In this document: in pieces, positions 63,541-64,000 of the stretch
Position numbering within the stretch: position 1 is the stretch's first letter
Layout of the letters: the number at the start of each line of letters is the position of its first letter
Assembly: GCF_006345805.1 (NCBI RefSeq)
Contig: NC_043023.1
Span: forward strand, 15,314,001-15,378,000
Reading direction: 5' to 3'
Length of the DNA stretch: 64,000 bases
Origin: Octopus sinensis
Taxonomy: Eukaryota
Program-made: the position numbers and the translations under genes
Notes under the pieces: model-generated
Database searches by the model: none
The model's input: the letters and a program-made list of their open reading frames with translations, nothing else
What the model was told of the DNA's origin: nothing

Positions 63541-64000
63541 CTATGGTTTGTCCCCTGTATTAATGCATTTGTGTCTATTTAAGTACCTCTTCTGAGAGAA
63601 TGATTTACCACAGATATAGCACTGATATGGTTTCTCACCTGTATGAACTGATTTGTGAGAATCAAGGTAACTTTTTTGAGAGAATGATTTACCACAAATA
63701 TCGCAGTGATGTGGTTTCTCTCCTGTATGTATGGCTTTGTGTTTAGTAAGGTTATATTTTTTAGGGAATGATTTACCACAGATATCACAGTGATATGGTT
63801 TCTCTCCAGTATGAACGACTTTGTGATAAGAAAGGGCAGTCTTTTGAGAGAATGATTTACCACAAATATCACATTGATATGGTTTCTCTCCTGTATGAGT
63901 GTATTTGTGATGAGTGAGGCAATATTTCTGAGTGAATGATTTACCACAAATATCACATTGATATGGTTTCTCTCCAGTATGAGTGTATTTGTGATGAGTG
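63541..64000 (-). CDS. Z10: C2H2 zinc-finger protein, 3' part (start lies beyond the window)
   Basis: Open frame of 152 codons from 63999 with about five fingers (last one H->N), ending GDKP-TAG at 63541-63543. Confidence 0.85.
   Translation of the reverse strand, partial: THHKYTHTGEKPYQCDICGKSFTQKYCLTHHKYTHTGEKPYQCDICGKSFSQKTALSYHKVVHTGEKPYHCDICGKSFPKKYNLTKHKAIHTGEKPHHCDICGKSFSQKSYLDSHKSVHTGEKPYQCYICGKSFSQKRYLNRHKCINTGDKP

Overview
AT-rich eukaryotic genomic DNA, most consistent with an octopus (cephalopod) genome: the SINE families and TTAGGG-bearing MITEs fit, and a clustered C2H2 zinc-finger expansion is established for Octopus. The window is a cluster of ten C2H2 zinc-finger-only genes or pseudogenes with no KRAB/ZAD-like domain visible. 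They are labelled Z1-Z10: Z1+ 766, Z2- 10124, Z3+ 14418, Z4- 24187, Z5+ 27955, Z6+ 34351, Z7- 45035, Z8+ 49777, Z9+ 55314, Z10- running off the right edge. Only Z8 (15 fingers) and the visible part of Z10 read cleanly to the shared ancestral KP-TAG stop; the others are shortened or frameshifted by small deletions. The cluster is built from 13-15 kb segmental duplications plus a 7.7 kb inverted duplication centred on a 100-N gap. Three head-to-head pairs (Z2/Z3, Z4/Z5, Z7/Z8) share a palindromic module with mirrored putative non-coding first exons and splice donors around a ~300 bp spacer. The rest is dense with transposon debris: GG...CC foldback MITEs with 8-bp TSDs (Merlin/MULE-like), Tc1/mariner-pogo and TTAA-type MITEs, Helitrons, several SINE families, RTE and CR1/L2 fragments, and a triplicated Gypsy relic. 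All alignments and counts were done by eye. No database search was run, no gene symbols can be assigned, and exon and promoter calls are inferred without expression data.
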